NCBI GenBank assembly: GCA_000165345.1
Contig: CM000435.1
Coordinates: 448,001 to 512,000 of the forward strand
Reading direction: 5' to 3'
Length of the DNA: 64,000 nucleotides
Both the position numbers and the translations under genes were made by a program. The notes beneath the pieces are model-generated. The model was not told where the DNA came from. It did no database searches and was given only the letters and a program-made list of their open reading frames with translations. Shown here one piece after another: positions 19,083-30,248 of this stretch; position 1 is the first letter of the stretch; each line of letters begins with the position of its first letter.

Positions 19083-21113
19083 ATGGTTTTGATATCATGG
19101 GAATGTGTGTGTGATCTGACACATCCTGGACAGTCTTTGTATGTGGTAGGGAGCCACCCAAGACTGGGAGCTTGGAAGATTACAACTGAGCAAGAGGAAA
19201 ATAAGCCTATTCGACTTATTACTGACAAACTTTCCTATCCAGTCTGGAGGACAAGCGAGCCTATTAGGATTCGAGGTGCATGTCTTTTAGAGTATAAGTT
19301 TATTATTAGTAAGGAAACTGAACCGTACGAGAATCTAGAGTGGGAGCCAATTCAAGGAAACCGATACTTACAAGTCGACGAGAATTTTCCAGAATATAAG
19401 TATATTATTCATTGTAGTTGGGGAAATATTTCTAAAAGCACGATAAGGTTTGAAGAATATTTCGGTAATGATGGCAAAGTTGATGATTACTCATATAGAG
19501 CAAAGCCTGGAGCAAGGTATATTTCACCGGAAAATGCAGAAATATATTCTGAGGAGGATGAAGAACCTAAAGACAGAGGTGCTTATGAAAGCTCTGTAAC
19601 ACCTCCGCTAATGTTGAGTAGGACAGGGTCCAGATTAAGACTTCTATTGGACAGATCCAGATTTATTTTGAGCACCAAAGGTGACATCAACCAATATTAT
19701 ACTTTGGAAAATACTATAGGAAGGGGTTCTTGGGGTGAGGTAAAAATAGCTGTCCAGAAAGGAACCAGAATTCGTAGGGCAGCAAAAAAGATTCCAAAGT
19801 ACTTTGTTGAAGATGTTGATCGTTTTAAACAGGAAATCGAAATTATGAAGTCTTTGGATCATCCAAACATAATTAGGCTATACGAAACTTTTGAAGATAA
19901 TACTGATATATATTTGGTTATGGAACTATGTACTGGAGGAGAGCTTTTTGAAAGAGTTGTACACAAGAGAGTTTTCAGAGAAAGCGATGCTGCAAGAATT
20001 ATGAAAGATGTTTTAAGCGCTGTAGCTTATTGCCATAAGTTAAATGTGGCTCATAGGGATTTGAAACCTGAGAATTTCCTTTTCTTGACAGATTCTCCAG
20101 ATTCTCCCTTAAAATTGATTGACTTTGGCTTGGCAGCTAGATTCAAGCCTGGAAAAATGATGAGGACAAAGGTTGGAACTCCATATTATGTGAGCCCGCA
20201 GGTTTTGGAAGGTCTTTATGGCCCAGAGTGTGATGAATGGTCAGCAGGAGTAATGATGTACGTTTTGCTTTGTGGCTACCCTCCTTTCAGTGCACCTACA
20301 GATTCTGAGGTAATGCTTAAGATCAGAGAAGGAACATTTACATTTCCAGAAAAAGACTGGCTTAATGTTTCTCCTCAGGCAGAATCTTTAATAAGGAGGC
20401 TGTTGACAAAGTCTCCAAAACAAAGAATTACTTCTTTGCAAGCATTAGAACATGAGTGGTTTGAGAAACAACTTTCTTCATCTCCAAGGAACTTATTGCT
20501 AGATAATGTAATCTCTAACTTTAGAAGGTTCCAGGGCCTTTCAAGATTAAAAAAGATTGCTTTAACATTAATAGCTCAAAACATTGATGAAAGAGATATC
20601 CTAGATTTACACGACACATTTATGGAATTGGATACAAGTAGAGATGGAACGCTGAGCAGAGCCGAGATCATTGAAGGAATTAATAGAACAGGTTGTAGTC
20701 CAACAATTGGGATCGATGCTCTTCTTGACGAAATTGATCCTGAAGGTACTGATACTATTTCTTATACAGACTTTATTGCAGCTTGCATTCAAGAGCGGCA
20801 AATGTCCCATGAAAGTGCATGCAAAGCGGCATTTAGAGTATTTGACATTGATGGAGATGGACAGATTAGTAATATAGAATTTCTCAAGGTCATGTCTCTT
20901 TCTAGTAAGGCTAAAAAATCAGACGATGAACTAGCTCAAGAACTGAGCGAATTTATGAAATCAGGAGATTTAGATAAGGATGGAACGATTAATTTCGATG
21001 AGTTCTGCCATGTGATGAGAAGAGTCCCATCCAAATTTCTCCTTGGGGAGGCTTCTGATGACACAATAAATATGATGAAAAGATGTTCCTCTAGAACTAA
21101 CATTAATTTATAG
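19083..21113 (+). CDS. CDPK: calcium-dependent protein kinase with N-terminal CBM20 starch-binding domain and 4 C-terminal EF hands
   Basis: CBM20-like N-terminus (LYVVGSHPRLGAWK...EYKF), Ser/Thr kinase core (HRDLKPENFLF, DFGLA, GTPYYVSPQVL), EF hands DTSRDGTLS, DPEGTDTIS, DIDGDGQIS, DLDKDGTIN. Confidence 0.9.
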   Translation: MVLISWECVCDLTHPGQSLYVVGSHPRLGAWKITTEQEENKPIRLITDKLSYPVWRTSEPIRIRGACLLEYKFIISKETEPYENLEWEPIQGNRYLQVDENFPEYKYIIHCSWGNISKSTIRFEEYFGNDGKVDDYSYRAKPGARYISPENAEIYSEEDEEPKDRGAYESSVTPPLMLSRTGSRLRLLLDRSRFILSTKGDINQYYTLENTIGRGSWGEVKIAVQKGTRIRRAAKKIPKYFVEDVDRFKQEIEIMKSLDHPNIIRLYETFEDNTDIYLVMELCTGGELFERVVHKRVFRESDAARIMKDVLSAVAYCHKLNVAHRDLKPENFLFLTDSPDSPLKLIDFGLAARFKPGKMMRTKVGTPYYVSPQVLEGLYGPECDEWSAGVMMYVLLCGYPPFSAPTDSEVMLKIREGTFTFPEKDWLNVSPQAESLIRRLLTKSPKQRITSLQALEHEWFEKQLSSSPRNLLLDNVISNFRRFQGLSRLKKIALTLIAQNIDERDILDLHDTFMELDTSRDGTLSRAEIIEGINRTGCSPTIGIDALLDEIDPEGTDTISYTDFIAACIQERQMSHESACKAAFRVFDIDGDGQISNIEFLKVMSLSSKAKKSDDELAQELSEFMKSGDLDKDGTINFDEFCHVMRRVPSKFLLGEASDDTINMMKRCSSRTNINL

Positions 21114-21257
21114 TCTACTTTTTAGTATTAACTAATACTATTACGGGCTACTAAGTAGAAAAGGACTAGGAGGCCTTAGTTTTGATGGTTATATTTGGTG
21201 CATTATTTCTATGTGTATTCATTAATTGTATATAATTAAAGTTTACTTAACTCAGAA

Positions 21258-24200
21258 TTAGGCATTTTCCAGGATATTTTCATCTCCTGCACCTTCTTCT
21301 GCCTTTTCTCTGTCTCTATGAACGGAGGTTTTGCTTTTAACATCAGAAGAATAGTTACCCGGTATAATTGAGACAGATTTAGTAATGTCAAATGTTTTGT
21401 AAATCCCGACGAGCCTATCAGCCATTTCGAACATATGGTTTCTGAGAGAAACAACGATAAACTGAGCATTCTTGGTTTTCTCTTTAATGAATGTTGCGAT
21501 AATACTAACATTTCTAAAGTCCAGGGCTGCATCTACCTCGTCCATAAAATAGAGTGGCGACGGCCTAAATTGGTGTAGGGCAAATACTAGGGCAAGGGAA
21601 CTTAGGGTTTTTTCTCCTCCAGAAAGGTTATGAATGGGTCTCCAACTCTTTTTTGGTGGCCTTACTGAGAAAATTATACCGTCAGAAAATGGATCCACAC
21701 TATCAATCAATTCCAATTCAGCATCTCCACCAAGGGTAATCATCTGGTAAATTTCCTTAAGTTGAGATGCAATAATTTTGAAGCCAGAAATAAACTCAGA
21801 ATGTCTGGCCTGCCTTACAGTTTCAAGGTGTCTCCTGCTTTCATCTCTAGCATTAGTTGCTTCTTCAACTTCTTGGTTTCTTCTATTAAAGAGTTGGAGC
21901 TGACTAGAATACTGGGAGAAGATATCTGAGGAAGGTCTGAATTGTTTTACGGAGCCTTCATTTGAATATTGCTCACAAATTGCCTGGAGCTGTGCCTGCA
22001 AAGACTCAATATGCGGCTTAAGTTTTTTAGAAGTCATATCACCAAGTATTTTCTCATATTCGGCATCCTGAACATCCTGAATAAGGAATTTGCTCTTTAA
22101 AGACTCTAATTCAGAATTTTTTTCTGGCGCTGGTTGCTCACTCTTTTCAGGTTCTATTTCCGGAATAGATGGAATACAAGATGCATCTGCTCTGACCTTT
22201 TGGAGCTTTTTTTGTAGTTGCTTTATATTTTGACTTTCAACTTCAGAGATTTTTGCAGAAATCTCATTCAGTTTGTTGGATATCTCTACATCACGGAGCT
22301 CAAGTTTTTCAATTTCCCTTTCAATCTCTTCAAATCTAGCTTGGAATGAACTGTGTTCATTTAAAAATGAGTTCAACTCCTCTTCAGCGAGTTTCTTGCT
22401 TTCCATAATCTTCAGTGCGACTTCTTCAAGTGAAACAAGCTCAGATTCTGTCTTATCAATCGCTTCCTTAAGAGCCTTGGACTTATTTTCAAACTGTTCA
22501 ATGGATTCGATGGCCTTAAGTTTCTTTTTCTCAGACAAAGTAATTTCTACCTGGCTCTTGCTGATTTCACTTTCCAGAGCTCCAATAGTTTTTGTAAGTT
22601 CCTGAACAAGTTCAGATTGTTTCTTCATTTCTGGGCCTCCAATTTCGTTCATCTCATTTGTGAGGCGATCTACAACAATTTGCTTTTGCTTCAAAGAAGC
22701 TTCTAGGGTAGAGATTTGTTTTTTCAACCCCTCAATTTCAGATTCTAATCTTGAGATTTCTGCCATAATCTCTGTCTGATTACTAGGAGATTCTTGGCCA
22801 GTTTTGGACTGAATCTCAGATCTAGACTTTTCAGTCTCTTCTATTGAAGCAAGTTCAATCTTGATTTTCTCAAGGGTAATTGTATAGCCATTAATATCAT
22901 TTTTAAGGTTTTGAACATGATCTTCCAAATCCTTGCATTCAGATTTAATTTTATTGCATTTATTTTGACAGGCCTCTAAATCTGTCTCCATTTTTTTAAG
23001 CTGCTCAGGAGTGGGAATTTCTGAAGTCTTTTCCAACTTTTTACCAGCGTGCTTTGCAACAGAAACATTAGGGCCGCCTCCTGTCATTGTTCCACTGGAG
23101 TCGATCAATTCCCCATTAATAGTTACAACTCTCCATCTTTGCTTTCCATTATAGGAAATTTTGGTTGCAATATCGAGGTCATCGACAATTAGAGTGTCCC
23201 TCATTGCAAAATACCAGGCGATCTTGAATTTAGGGTCCTTAAACTTAACAAGATCAAAGAACCTTTTTGACCCTTCTGGAGCTTTAAATGTTTTTTCCAT
23301 ATTTTGTATTAGAGTAGCAGAAAGTTTTTCCAAGATAATACACGAGATCCTGCCCAAATTTGATTTTCTCACATAATTAACAACTTCTTGTGCATCTTCA
23401 GTAGTCTGCACAACGATGTTTTCAACCTGCGGCACTGAGGAGGCCAGAGCAAGTTGGAATTTGTCATCCACCTGACCCAAATCCCCCAGTCTTCCGTGTA
23501 CTCCACTTTTTTTATTTGCAGAAAAATATTTCATAACAGTTTCTGATAATGACATCTTGGGACCTTTTTGCTTTGATTCAGAAACAACCTTAGTTTCTAA
23601 GTGATTATTTGAAGCTAAAAGGCTTCTTGCTTCATCTAACTCGACCTTTTTTATACCTAGAAGTCTGGTATTCTCACTTAGATCTTTCTGTAGCTGTTCA
23701 AGCTTCTTAGATTTTTCATCAAGAAGAGCCTTACTGTCCTTTAGATTCTTAGAAAAATCCTTATTTTGCTTATTTAGAGCTTGAATCCTTTTAACAGTAT
23801 TTTCTTTCTCCCTCTTACTATTTTCTTCGTTTTCCTGTTTTTGAATCTGCCTTTGTTTCAACATATCCAATTCAATATTTAACATATCATGAGATTGTTG
23901 GAGATCTAAAAGCTTCTTTTGTAGTGGCGATAGCTCCTGCTCCGCCTTATCCTTCTTCTTTCTAGACTCTTCAATCCCATCCTTAACATTCTTCTGCAAC
24001 AATTCCAGCTTCTCCTGAGCAGAGTCGAGGTCCTTCGAGATCTTTGGGAGTTGCTTTTGTTTCTTTCGAACTTCATCTTCCAAATCAACGATTTTTTGCT
24101 CTAACTCTGGTATAAGTTTTTTTTCACCTTCCGCTGATTCCTCAAGTTTCAAAAGTCTTTTTTTTGAATTCTTTAAAGTGGCTCTCAGTTCCTCATCCTT

Positions 24201-25211
24201 CAGTAATATATTCTTAAACTCATTTTCCTCCTTCTCTAACTTAACCTTTAATTCGTTAACTCTGGAATTAGTCTCTTTGTTCTCAACTTCAAGCTCAGCT
24301 CGCCTATCTTCTAAGGCTTTCTTTTGGTGAGCTAGCTCTCCTCTAATATCCAAGTGTTTGTTTTGCTCATCTTTCAACGCATTCAAGTGTTTTATAGCAT
24401 CTCTTTGTTCCTCCAAATGAAGTAATAGCTTGGCAATGTAAATTTCTCTCTCAAGAGTAAAGAATTCAATAGCCATATTATAAGGACCTTTCAGAGTATT
24501 AAGCTCCTTCTCTGCGATTTTAAGTCTATTCAACTTTTCTTGACGAAGTTCATTAAACTGTTCAAGTTCCATTAAATGCTTTTCTATATCAGGAATAAAT
24601 CTGCTACTCCCTATAATATCCTCAATATATTCAAGCAAGCCATCCTCGTTGGCATTTGTAGATTTTGGCTTCATCTGAGCAATTAATTCAACCTCTCCTT
24701 GAAGGATTAGAAACCTATTATGCTCCAAGTCAGTCCCTTTTCCACTTAATAACTTAGTGACTTCCTGATAACTTGAAAGCTTTTCATTAATATAGTATTT
24801 TGTTTGCTCACTATTTTTATGTACCTCTCTCTTTATCACAATCTCAGAATTAGGAACGACTTTGTAGGCATGCTCATCTCCAGGTACATCTATAATTTCT
24901 TTAAAATGCACTGCAACACTTGCCTTTTCATTGTTTGGGTAATGCTTGGAGTTATGAATCAGTTCAGAAACTTTATTCAAGCGCATATGCTTTGCTCTTT
25001 TCCCAAACACAAATAGCATTGCATCTATTACATTACTTTTACCACTTCCATTTGGCCCCACAATCGCAGTAAACGACTTGTGAAATGGTCCAATAACCTT
25101 GCTGCCTCCATAAGATTTAAAATTTTCCAGAACTATCTTATGGATAATCAAGCGTGGTTTTTCTTGCTCTCCTCCAACGGATTTTGACTCGTCACTTTCT
25201 ATGTTCTCCAT
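21258..25211 (-). CDS. SMC4: SMC family ATPase, best match condensin SMC4
   Basis: Walker A GPNGSGKSNVIDAMLFVFG, long coiled coils, hinge, C-terminal signature LSGGEKTLSSLALVFALH and Walker B FYFMDEVDAALD. N-terminal FKSYGG...GPFHKSF..IVGPNGSGKSN fits SMC4. First ATG (MENIESDE) at 25211. ORF-track upstream extension uses a TTG. Confidence 0.8.
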   Translation of the reverse strand: MENIESDESKSVGGEQEKPRLIIHKIVLENFKSYGGSKVIGPFHKSFTAIVGPNGSGKSNVIDAMLFVFGKRAKHMRLNKVSELIHNSKHYPNNEKASVAVHFKEIIDVPGDEHAYKVVPNSEIVIKREVHKNSEQTKYYINEKLSSYQEVTKLLSGKGTDLEHNRFLILQGEVELIAQMKPKSTNANEDGLLEYIEDIIGSSRFIPDIEKHLMELEQFNELRQEKLNRLKIAEKELNTLKGPYNMAIEFFTLEREIYIAKLLLHLEEQRDAIKHLNALKDEQNKHLDIRGELAHQKKALEDRRAELEVENKETNSRVNELKVKLEKEENEFKNILLKDEELRATLKNSKKRLLKLEESAEGEKKLIPELEQKIVDLEDEVRKKQKQLPKISKDLDSAQEKLELLQKNVKDGIEESRKKKDKAEQELSPLQKKLLDLQQSHDMLNIELDMLKQRQIQKQENEENSKREKENTVKRIQALNKQNKDFSKNLKDSKALLDEKSKKLEQLQKDLSENTRLLGIKKVELDEARSLLASNNHLETKVVSESKQKGPKMSLSETVMKYFSANKKSGVHGRLGDLGQVDDKFQLALASSVPQVENIVVQTTEDAQEVVNYVRKSNLGRISCIILEKLSATLIQNMEKTFKAPEGSKRFFDLVKFKDPKFKIAWYFAMRDTLIVDDLDIATKISYNGKQRWRVVTINGELIDSSGTMTGGGPNVSVAKHAGKKLEKTSEIPTPEQLKKMETDLEACQNKCNKIKSECKDLEDHVQNLKNDINGYTITLEKIKIELASIEETEKSRSEIQSKTGQESPSNQTEIMAEISRLESEIEGLKKQISTLEASLKQKQIVVDRLTNEMNEIGGPEMKKQSELVQELTKTIGALESEISKSQVEITLSEKKKLKAIESIEQFENKSKALKEAIDKTESELVSLEEVALKIMESKKLAEEELNSFLNEHSSFQARFEEIEREIEKLELRDVEISNKLNEISAKISEVESQNIKQLQKKLQKVRADASCIPSIPEIEPEKSEQPAPEKNSELESLKSKFLIQDVQDAEYEKILGDMTSKKLKPHIESLQAQLQAICEQYSNEGSVKQFRPSSDIFSQYSSQLQLFNRRNQEVEEATNARDESRRHLETVRQARHSEFISGFKIIASQLKEIYQMITLGGDAELELIDSVDPFSDGIIFSVRPPKKSWRPIHNLSGGEKTLSSLALVFALHQFRPSPLYFMDEVDAALDFRNVSIIATFIKEKTKNAQFIVVSLRNHMFEMADRLVGIYKTFDITKSVSIIPGNYSSDVKSKTSVHRDREKAEEGAGDENILENA

Positions 25212-25304
25212 GTAATAAAAACATTTCAAACTCCCTTGAAGTCTATTTACTTTATTCAACCTCTTTTCTCCCAACTTTATCTGTTTACAATTGTGTGGGG
25301 GAAT

Positions 25305-25318
25305 ATTGGCGGGAAAAC
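25305..25318. promoter_or_regulatory. E2F site (minus-strand reading GTTTTCCCGCCAAT) about 95 nt upstream of SMC4 ATG
   Basis: Sequence attggcgggaaaac. Confidence 0.55.
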
Positions 25319-25460
25319 ATGCATAATGGGGAGCAACTGCAGGCAATAAAAGCCGGTACTAATGAAAAAGGCAGGTAATAAGAAAAAAAAATGAGGCATG
25401 TAAATTACACATATAATATAAGCTACCCAGCTACCTGGATCCTTTAGTAAAAATGTAATG

Positions 25461-26072
25461 CTAAACTAGGTATTTAACCTGGAAGTAAGATTTGATATAG
25501 TAAACTTGAATGGCTACCAATCCGAAGGATAATAAGAGTTCAAGAATACTCCATATAGCGGCCTTCTTTCTAGATGATTCTATTGCTTCCATTTGGAACC
25601 TTTTTCTTGTAAGGGCATATCTCTGTTTCTCAGAAGCAACTGTAATTCTTTCGTATAGCTTCTCCATAGATTCAATTAGCTTTTTTGATTCAATATTGCT
25701 CATAACATTGTTAATATTGGAATTATATGCCATATTCTTTATGCTGAAATTCACTGTTTGTTGCACCGAATTCATTAGATTCTTAAAGCAAAGTTGATAT
25801 TCTGTGTCTTTTGGGGCATTAATACTAAAGTCTCCACTATTTTCAATTTTGTCAAGAATCTTTGAAGACTCTTTATTTTCAAATAGAGAAACTCTAACGC
25901 CCTCATATGCTGAATCTATCTCAAATGATCCAACAATATGGTCTGCTTTCTTTGCATGAAAATGAATGCACTCCGTATAGCCTGGATTTAAAATGAAGTA
26001 GAGGGCATCTGTATTAAAAGGGAATAAAGCAATAAAGACGATTACAACAAAATATATAGGCTCAATTTTCAT
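25461..26072 (-). CDS. p24/emp24 (GOLD domain) cargo receptor
   Basis: Signal peptide, GOLD-like beta region, coiled stretch, single C-terminal TM with short tail (LVAIQVYYIKSYFQVKYLV). Confidence 0.7.
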   Translation of the reverse strand: MKIEPIYFVVIVFIALFPFNTDALYFILNPGYTECIHFHAKKADHIVGSFEIDSAYEGVRVSLFENKESSKILDKIENSGDFSINAPKDTEYQLCFKNLMNSVQQTVNFSIKNMAYNSNINNVMSNIESKKLIESMEKLYERITVASEKQRYALTRKRFQMEAIESSRKKAAIWSILELLLSFGLVAIQVYYIKSYFQVKYLV

Positions 26073-26448
26073 AGGTATCTATACAAGTAACTAAATTTGA
26101 AAATCTTGTTAATTACTTATTCGCCTATATTTTTTTAATTTACCACTACTTTTTTTTTAATAATATTTTATTTTTTTCGGGTACTTATTGGCATGGTATT
26201 CTCAACTACACACATAAAACTCTTAATTTTATACTTTTTTTTTCCTTTACGTTACCCGCAAAACGAGACAAGATCACAAAAAAATAAAAATGTCAGGCGG
26301 CCATCAACTTTTATTCAGCGGCAACATATTTGGACCAATTCAGTGCGCGGCAATTTCTCGAGACGTAGTAAATTAAAGAATCAAGGTTCAAAAGTTTTGA
26401 ATTTTTCCAATTATAACAAAAAATTCTTGATTCATATAATTAGGGAAA

Positions 26449-26830
26449 ATGGTAAGTTTTATGAAGTTAGATCGTTCCCTTTTAATGGTTCTGATGACAT
26501 TTAATCTTTTTTTAGGTTAACATTCCAAAGCTTAGAAATACTTTCTGCAAGGGATCAGACTGTCGCAAACATACTCCTCACAAGGTATCTCAATATAAGA
26601 GAGGAAAGGAGTCACCAAGAGCTCAAGGTAGAAGACGTTATGACCAGAAACAAAAGGGTTATGGTGGTCAAACTAAGCCAAAGCTTAGAAAGACAGCCAA
26701 AACTACAAAAAAGATCGTCTTGAGATTGGAGTGTACCAAATGCAAGCAGAGACGCTTTCTTGCTATCAAGAGATGCAAACACTTCCAATTAGGTGGTGAC
26801 AAGAAGAGAAAGGGAGGTCCAGTGTACTAA
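26449..26830 (+). CDS. RPL44: 60S ribosomal protein eL42 (L44e/L36a). join(26449..26451, 26516..26830)
   Basis: ATG|GTAAGT, 64-nt intron ending TTTTTAG. Exon 2 reads [59 protein letters not shown]...[30 protein letters not shown], a near-identical eL42 pattern. 106 aa. Confidence 0.9.
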
Positions 26831-27101
26831 ACACTTTAGTATATTAGAAATTCTTTATTAGTCGGATGCTTTTGAATCTGACCCATAGTTTTAAGATAAT
26901 AGGTCCCTTCTAATCTTTTGTATTTCTAAGGACTCGGTTTCTGTTCATAAGTAACTAACGTATTCTACCCTAATCATATTTATATTCAGCTTTAAGGGGG
27001 GAACTCAGTACAGAGACAACTTAGGTGAACTTAAAGAAGTTAATTTATTGTGACAAAATGCTAACAAACCAAAACATTGTTAATATTCAGAAAACTAACA
27101 G

Positions 27102-29558
27102 TTAAAATGTGGAAATTGTGCCTCCAAGAGTAGGGAAGCACTTTTCGTCGAATTTAAGTGATTCTGGGGCGGAAATCTTGTTCGAATGAGGTCCACTTTG
27201 TTCGCTGCATGTCGTGGTGTTTGAATTTGAAAGAGAGTTTGAAAGAATTTCACTTATTAGATTTCTAGCAATAGTGCATTGTTCTTCCGTACCCTGGAGA
27301 ACTACATGGCTGGAATTTTTTGGTACGTTGATTGATTCACAATTAGCTTTGCTCCTGATTTCGTTAAGTACACTTCCCTTTGTTCCTATGATTAGTCCCA
27401 TCTTTCCACTTGGAATTTCTATAATTTCTTTGGTTTCATTTGAAGAACTTTCCAAAGTCTGTCGGTTAAATTCTAAGAACTTTTCTTTAAGTTTCAAAAC
27501 TTCTTCCTTTGATCCAAGGAGTGAAATCGAATTCCTCTTTTTCTCTGCCTGAATAACTTGTACATTTGGGAAATTAGAAGTAAGCTTCCTCAGGTGTGAT
27601 CGTTGACTACCATAAAGCTTGTCATATGTGCAAGAATCAAGCTCCAAAGTCTCTAGATGTGCTTCTTTTGTTAGTACTTCATCAATTAAAGTTTCAGCTT
27701 TAGCTTTAGCTTGTTCAGATCCCAAAACCTCAATTACAACACTACGTCCCTCTTGCCTCTTATGAGTTGAAATTTCTACGCAAGCTTCCTTCTCGACCTT
27801 CTCACGTCTTGAATGGTTAAGAACTCTTAGTTGATCTCTATGAATTGTCTTAGTAAGTGGAGTGTATTGAGCTCTCTCCAAAAGATCTAGTAGATTTGGC
27901 TTGGCCTTTTTAATCTCGGAGGCCGGTCCAACTAGTACAACGGAGGAGCCGATTCTAACAATTCCCATCTTGTTAGAATCCCTTAATTTTGAGAATTCAT
28001 CCAATATGCTCCTAGAGATTCTCGCATTTGAGTCGTCCGATGAATACTTACCAGGCGGACTGAACAACTTCCTTACTGCCTTGCTATCAGCTTGGATACT
28101 CTCTACTTCAAGACCCTTGATCAAATTAGAGAGCTTATTCTTGGCAACTTCACATTTATCAGGCTTTCCAAAGATCAAAATCTTGCTGTCATGTTGAGAA
28201 TCTGAAATGTCTGCCAAGCTTGATACCTCTCTAGACTTACCTCCAAATTGAATGCGAACGCTGGTTTCAGTCTCTTTCTCAATAGAACGTACGGTGGGGA
28301 GGAAGTTGAATTGTAAAGCTTTAGCAATGATTAGTGAAACAGAAATTGAGACAGTGTTACTTGAAATATCAGAGTTCTTGTTGATTATTTCAACTGCAGC
28401 CTTCGTGGATTCTGGTGAACCTAAAATAGTCAATGAATTCTCCATACGATTGATGATAATAGAGAGCTCATCCTGTAATGACTTCAAGTTAATATTCCCT
28501 GTCATCGAGTAAAGCTTCTTAATAACACGTGGATCTAATGAAATTGTTTCCTGAGAGCTGAAGTCTAATTGACGAATGCTTTCCCAGCAACTCTCAATAT
28601 CTTTCAGTAACCCTGTAATCTGTACCGAGTTACCAGTCGACTTCTCAACCAAAGCCCCAAACTTCTTCTCTAAGTTCTTGGCCATCTTAGCACTGGAGCC
28701 GAACAATACATCCAATAGATTACCTTTATTGTTTGGAAGTTCAAATATTTTTGTTTCAACAGAGTCGTTGTCAATTGAAGAATCCTGTTTCAAACCCTTA
28801 ACTCTATTTACCAGCCTCTTTTGCTTGTTACTATCTGCTGCCGCCTGCGAAAGTTCCTTGTTAATAGATAGCTTACGTTCTATTCTAGTTCTCAGCTCAT
28901 TACATTGGTTCTGGAAGTTGCGGTAGTTCTCATAGAGTGAGGCTACCACTAACAACTCCTTCAAGTGCTGGTAAAATTCTTCGTCATAACCTTCCTCATC
29001 CTTGGATGCAAGCTCGAAGTCACGGAGCTGCTCACAAATGGTGTTTACACTAAGGTGCTTTGGTGGCTTCTTCAAGTTAGAGGACTCTTTAGACAAAGTT
29101 TCAGAGATATTTGACAAAAGCCTGTTCAATTCACGTTCCTGTTCTCCCTTTTTACTCAAAACCTCCTCTATTGGTAAAACTGAAAGATCCAACATGCCAC
29201 GTAAACTAGAGTTAATTTTGGAAAGGAATTCCGATCTTGTCTTGGACATTGGGTCATTTGGTAGCATTGCCTCGATCTCTTTCTTAGTTAGTGGTTTTCT
29301 TTGTTTTCCAGCTCCCTGGCCCTCTTGGGAGTTTGAATCCATATTCTTCTTTTTCAATCTCCTCTTTAGATTTTTCTTTTGGGTTGCAGATAATCCAGAA
29401 AAATCTACAACTGCTGGAGTTTCCTCAATTACTTGAGGCTCTTCAATCTTCTCCTCTTGCTTATGTTTCTGCTCAACATTAGTCTTACCATTTGAAGGCG
29501 ACTTTTGCTTGCCCTTCCCTGAAGTCCCTTTACCTTGATTTGGTCTCTTTTTTGCCAT
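27102..29558 (-). CDS. KH-domain RNA-binding protein (multi-KH, vigilin-like), 818 aa
   Basis: C-terminal KH motif IEIPSGKMGLIIGTKGSVLNEIRSKANCESINVP. Additional degenerate KH-like units. Basic N-terminus. Confidence 0.45.
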   Translation of the reverse strand: MAKKRPNQGKGTSGKGKQKSPSNGKTNVEQKHKQEEKIEEPQVIEETPAVVDFSGLSATQKKNLKRRLKKKNMDSNSQEGQGAGKQRKPLTKKEIEAMLPNDPMSKTRSEFLSKINSSLRGMLDLSVLPIEEVLSKKGEQERELNRLLSNISETLSKESSNLKKPPKHLSVNTICEQLRDFELASKDEEGYDEEFYQHLKELLVVASLYENYRNFQNQCNELRTRIERKLSINKELSQAAADSNKQKRLVNRVKGLKQDSSIDNDSVETKIFELPNNKGNLLDVLFGSSAKMAKNLEKKFGALVEKSTGNSVQITGLLKDIESCWESIRQLDFSSQETISLDPRVIKKLYSMTGNINLKSLQDELSIIINRMENSLTILGSPESTKAAVEIINKNSDISSNTVSISVSLIIAKALQFNFLPTVRSIEKETETSVRIQFGGKSREVSSLADISDSQHDSKILIFGKPDKCEVAKNKLSNLIKGLEVESIQADSKAVRKLFSPPGKYSSDDSNARISRSILDEFSKLRDSNKMGIVRIGSSVVLVGPASEIKKAKPNLLDLLERAQYTPLTKTIHRDQLRVLNHSRREKVEKEACVEISTHKRQEGRSVVIEVLGSEQAKAKAETLIDEVLTKEAHLETLELDSCTYDKLYGSQRSHLRKLTSNFPNVQVIQAEKKRNSISLLGSKEEVLKLKEKFLEFNRQTLESSSNETKEIIEIPSGKMGLIIGTKGSVLNEIRSKANCESINVPKNSSHVVLQGTEEQCTIARNLISEILSNSLSNSNTTTCSEQSGPHSNKISAPESLKFDEKCFPTLGGTISTF

Positions 29559-29835
29559 TTCGATTCCGATTTACAGTATATTACGTTGCCGAATAGATAT
29601 ATATATCTATTGAATTACTATTCCCCAACAAAAGCCAAAAATGTATATTTTTGGTGGTACTATTAAAAAATTCGTGTCTGCTCCCTATCGCTTCAAACCC
29701 AATCCAATTTAATTTACCCCTCACTCTTTACAGCCTCACAAGAAGTCGTGAAGCGCAAAAACTTTAATCAATTGACTTTATTATTAGTGTCTACTGATTC
29801 GAGTTATAATTGATATATCTCAAGTGGGGTCTCGG

Positions 29836-29847
29836 ATGGCGGGAACC
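29836..29847. promoter_or_regulatory. E2F-like atGGCGGGAAcc in the long KH/NDH2 intergenic region
   Basis: GC core in AT-rich DNA. Confidence 0.4.
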
Positions 29848-30248
29848 AAATATCTTTTTTAATTATACGGATAGTATTGTCTGTTATTTATTCAGAAATT
29901 CAGATTACAAACCTTTGTAATGAGTTCTAACAATCATTATGGGTATTGCAATTCATAAACCGATTGTTCTATAGCCAGGCTTTTAAAATTGTGTATGAAT
30001 AACGCTTACATGTTACATTTAGGTACATTTTTATTAATTTTTCTCGAATAATTTTCGAATCCAAAAAAAAAAAGGAATCATACTATACTTGAAAGAATTT
30101 TTGGTTTTAGTTGATGTCTCTGCAGGGATTAGATTTGTCAGAGAAACTTTCATTCTATGCCAAAGATCATATTAGAAATATGCTTGATACTTTACTATTT
30201 TAAATTCGACCTCTTCATCAAGGACACCGATTGGCATAACAAAGTGGG

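Noticed and set aside
21258-25346. N-terminal 45-codon extension of the SMC4 ORF (MPAVAPHY...)
   Set aside because: Begins at a TTG in the track. The extension contains the E2F-like promoter motif, and the first ATG (25211) gives a sensible SMC4 N-terminus.
26193-26504. 103-aa plus-strand ORF
   Set aside because: Overlaps the promoter, first codon and intron of the eL42 gene. No motifs. Basic low-complexity read-through.
29640-29770. Possible snRNA-like ncRNA (contains CGTGAAGCG, reminiscent of U6 3' region)
   Set aside because: No ACAGAGA box, AGC triad or U6 5' stem-loop. Similarity limited to about 9 nt, so treated as coincidence.
30040-30075. TCGAATAATTTTCGAATCC resembling a tRNA T-loop
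   Set aside because: No flanking acceptor, D or anticodon stems can be drawn
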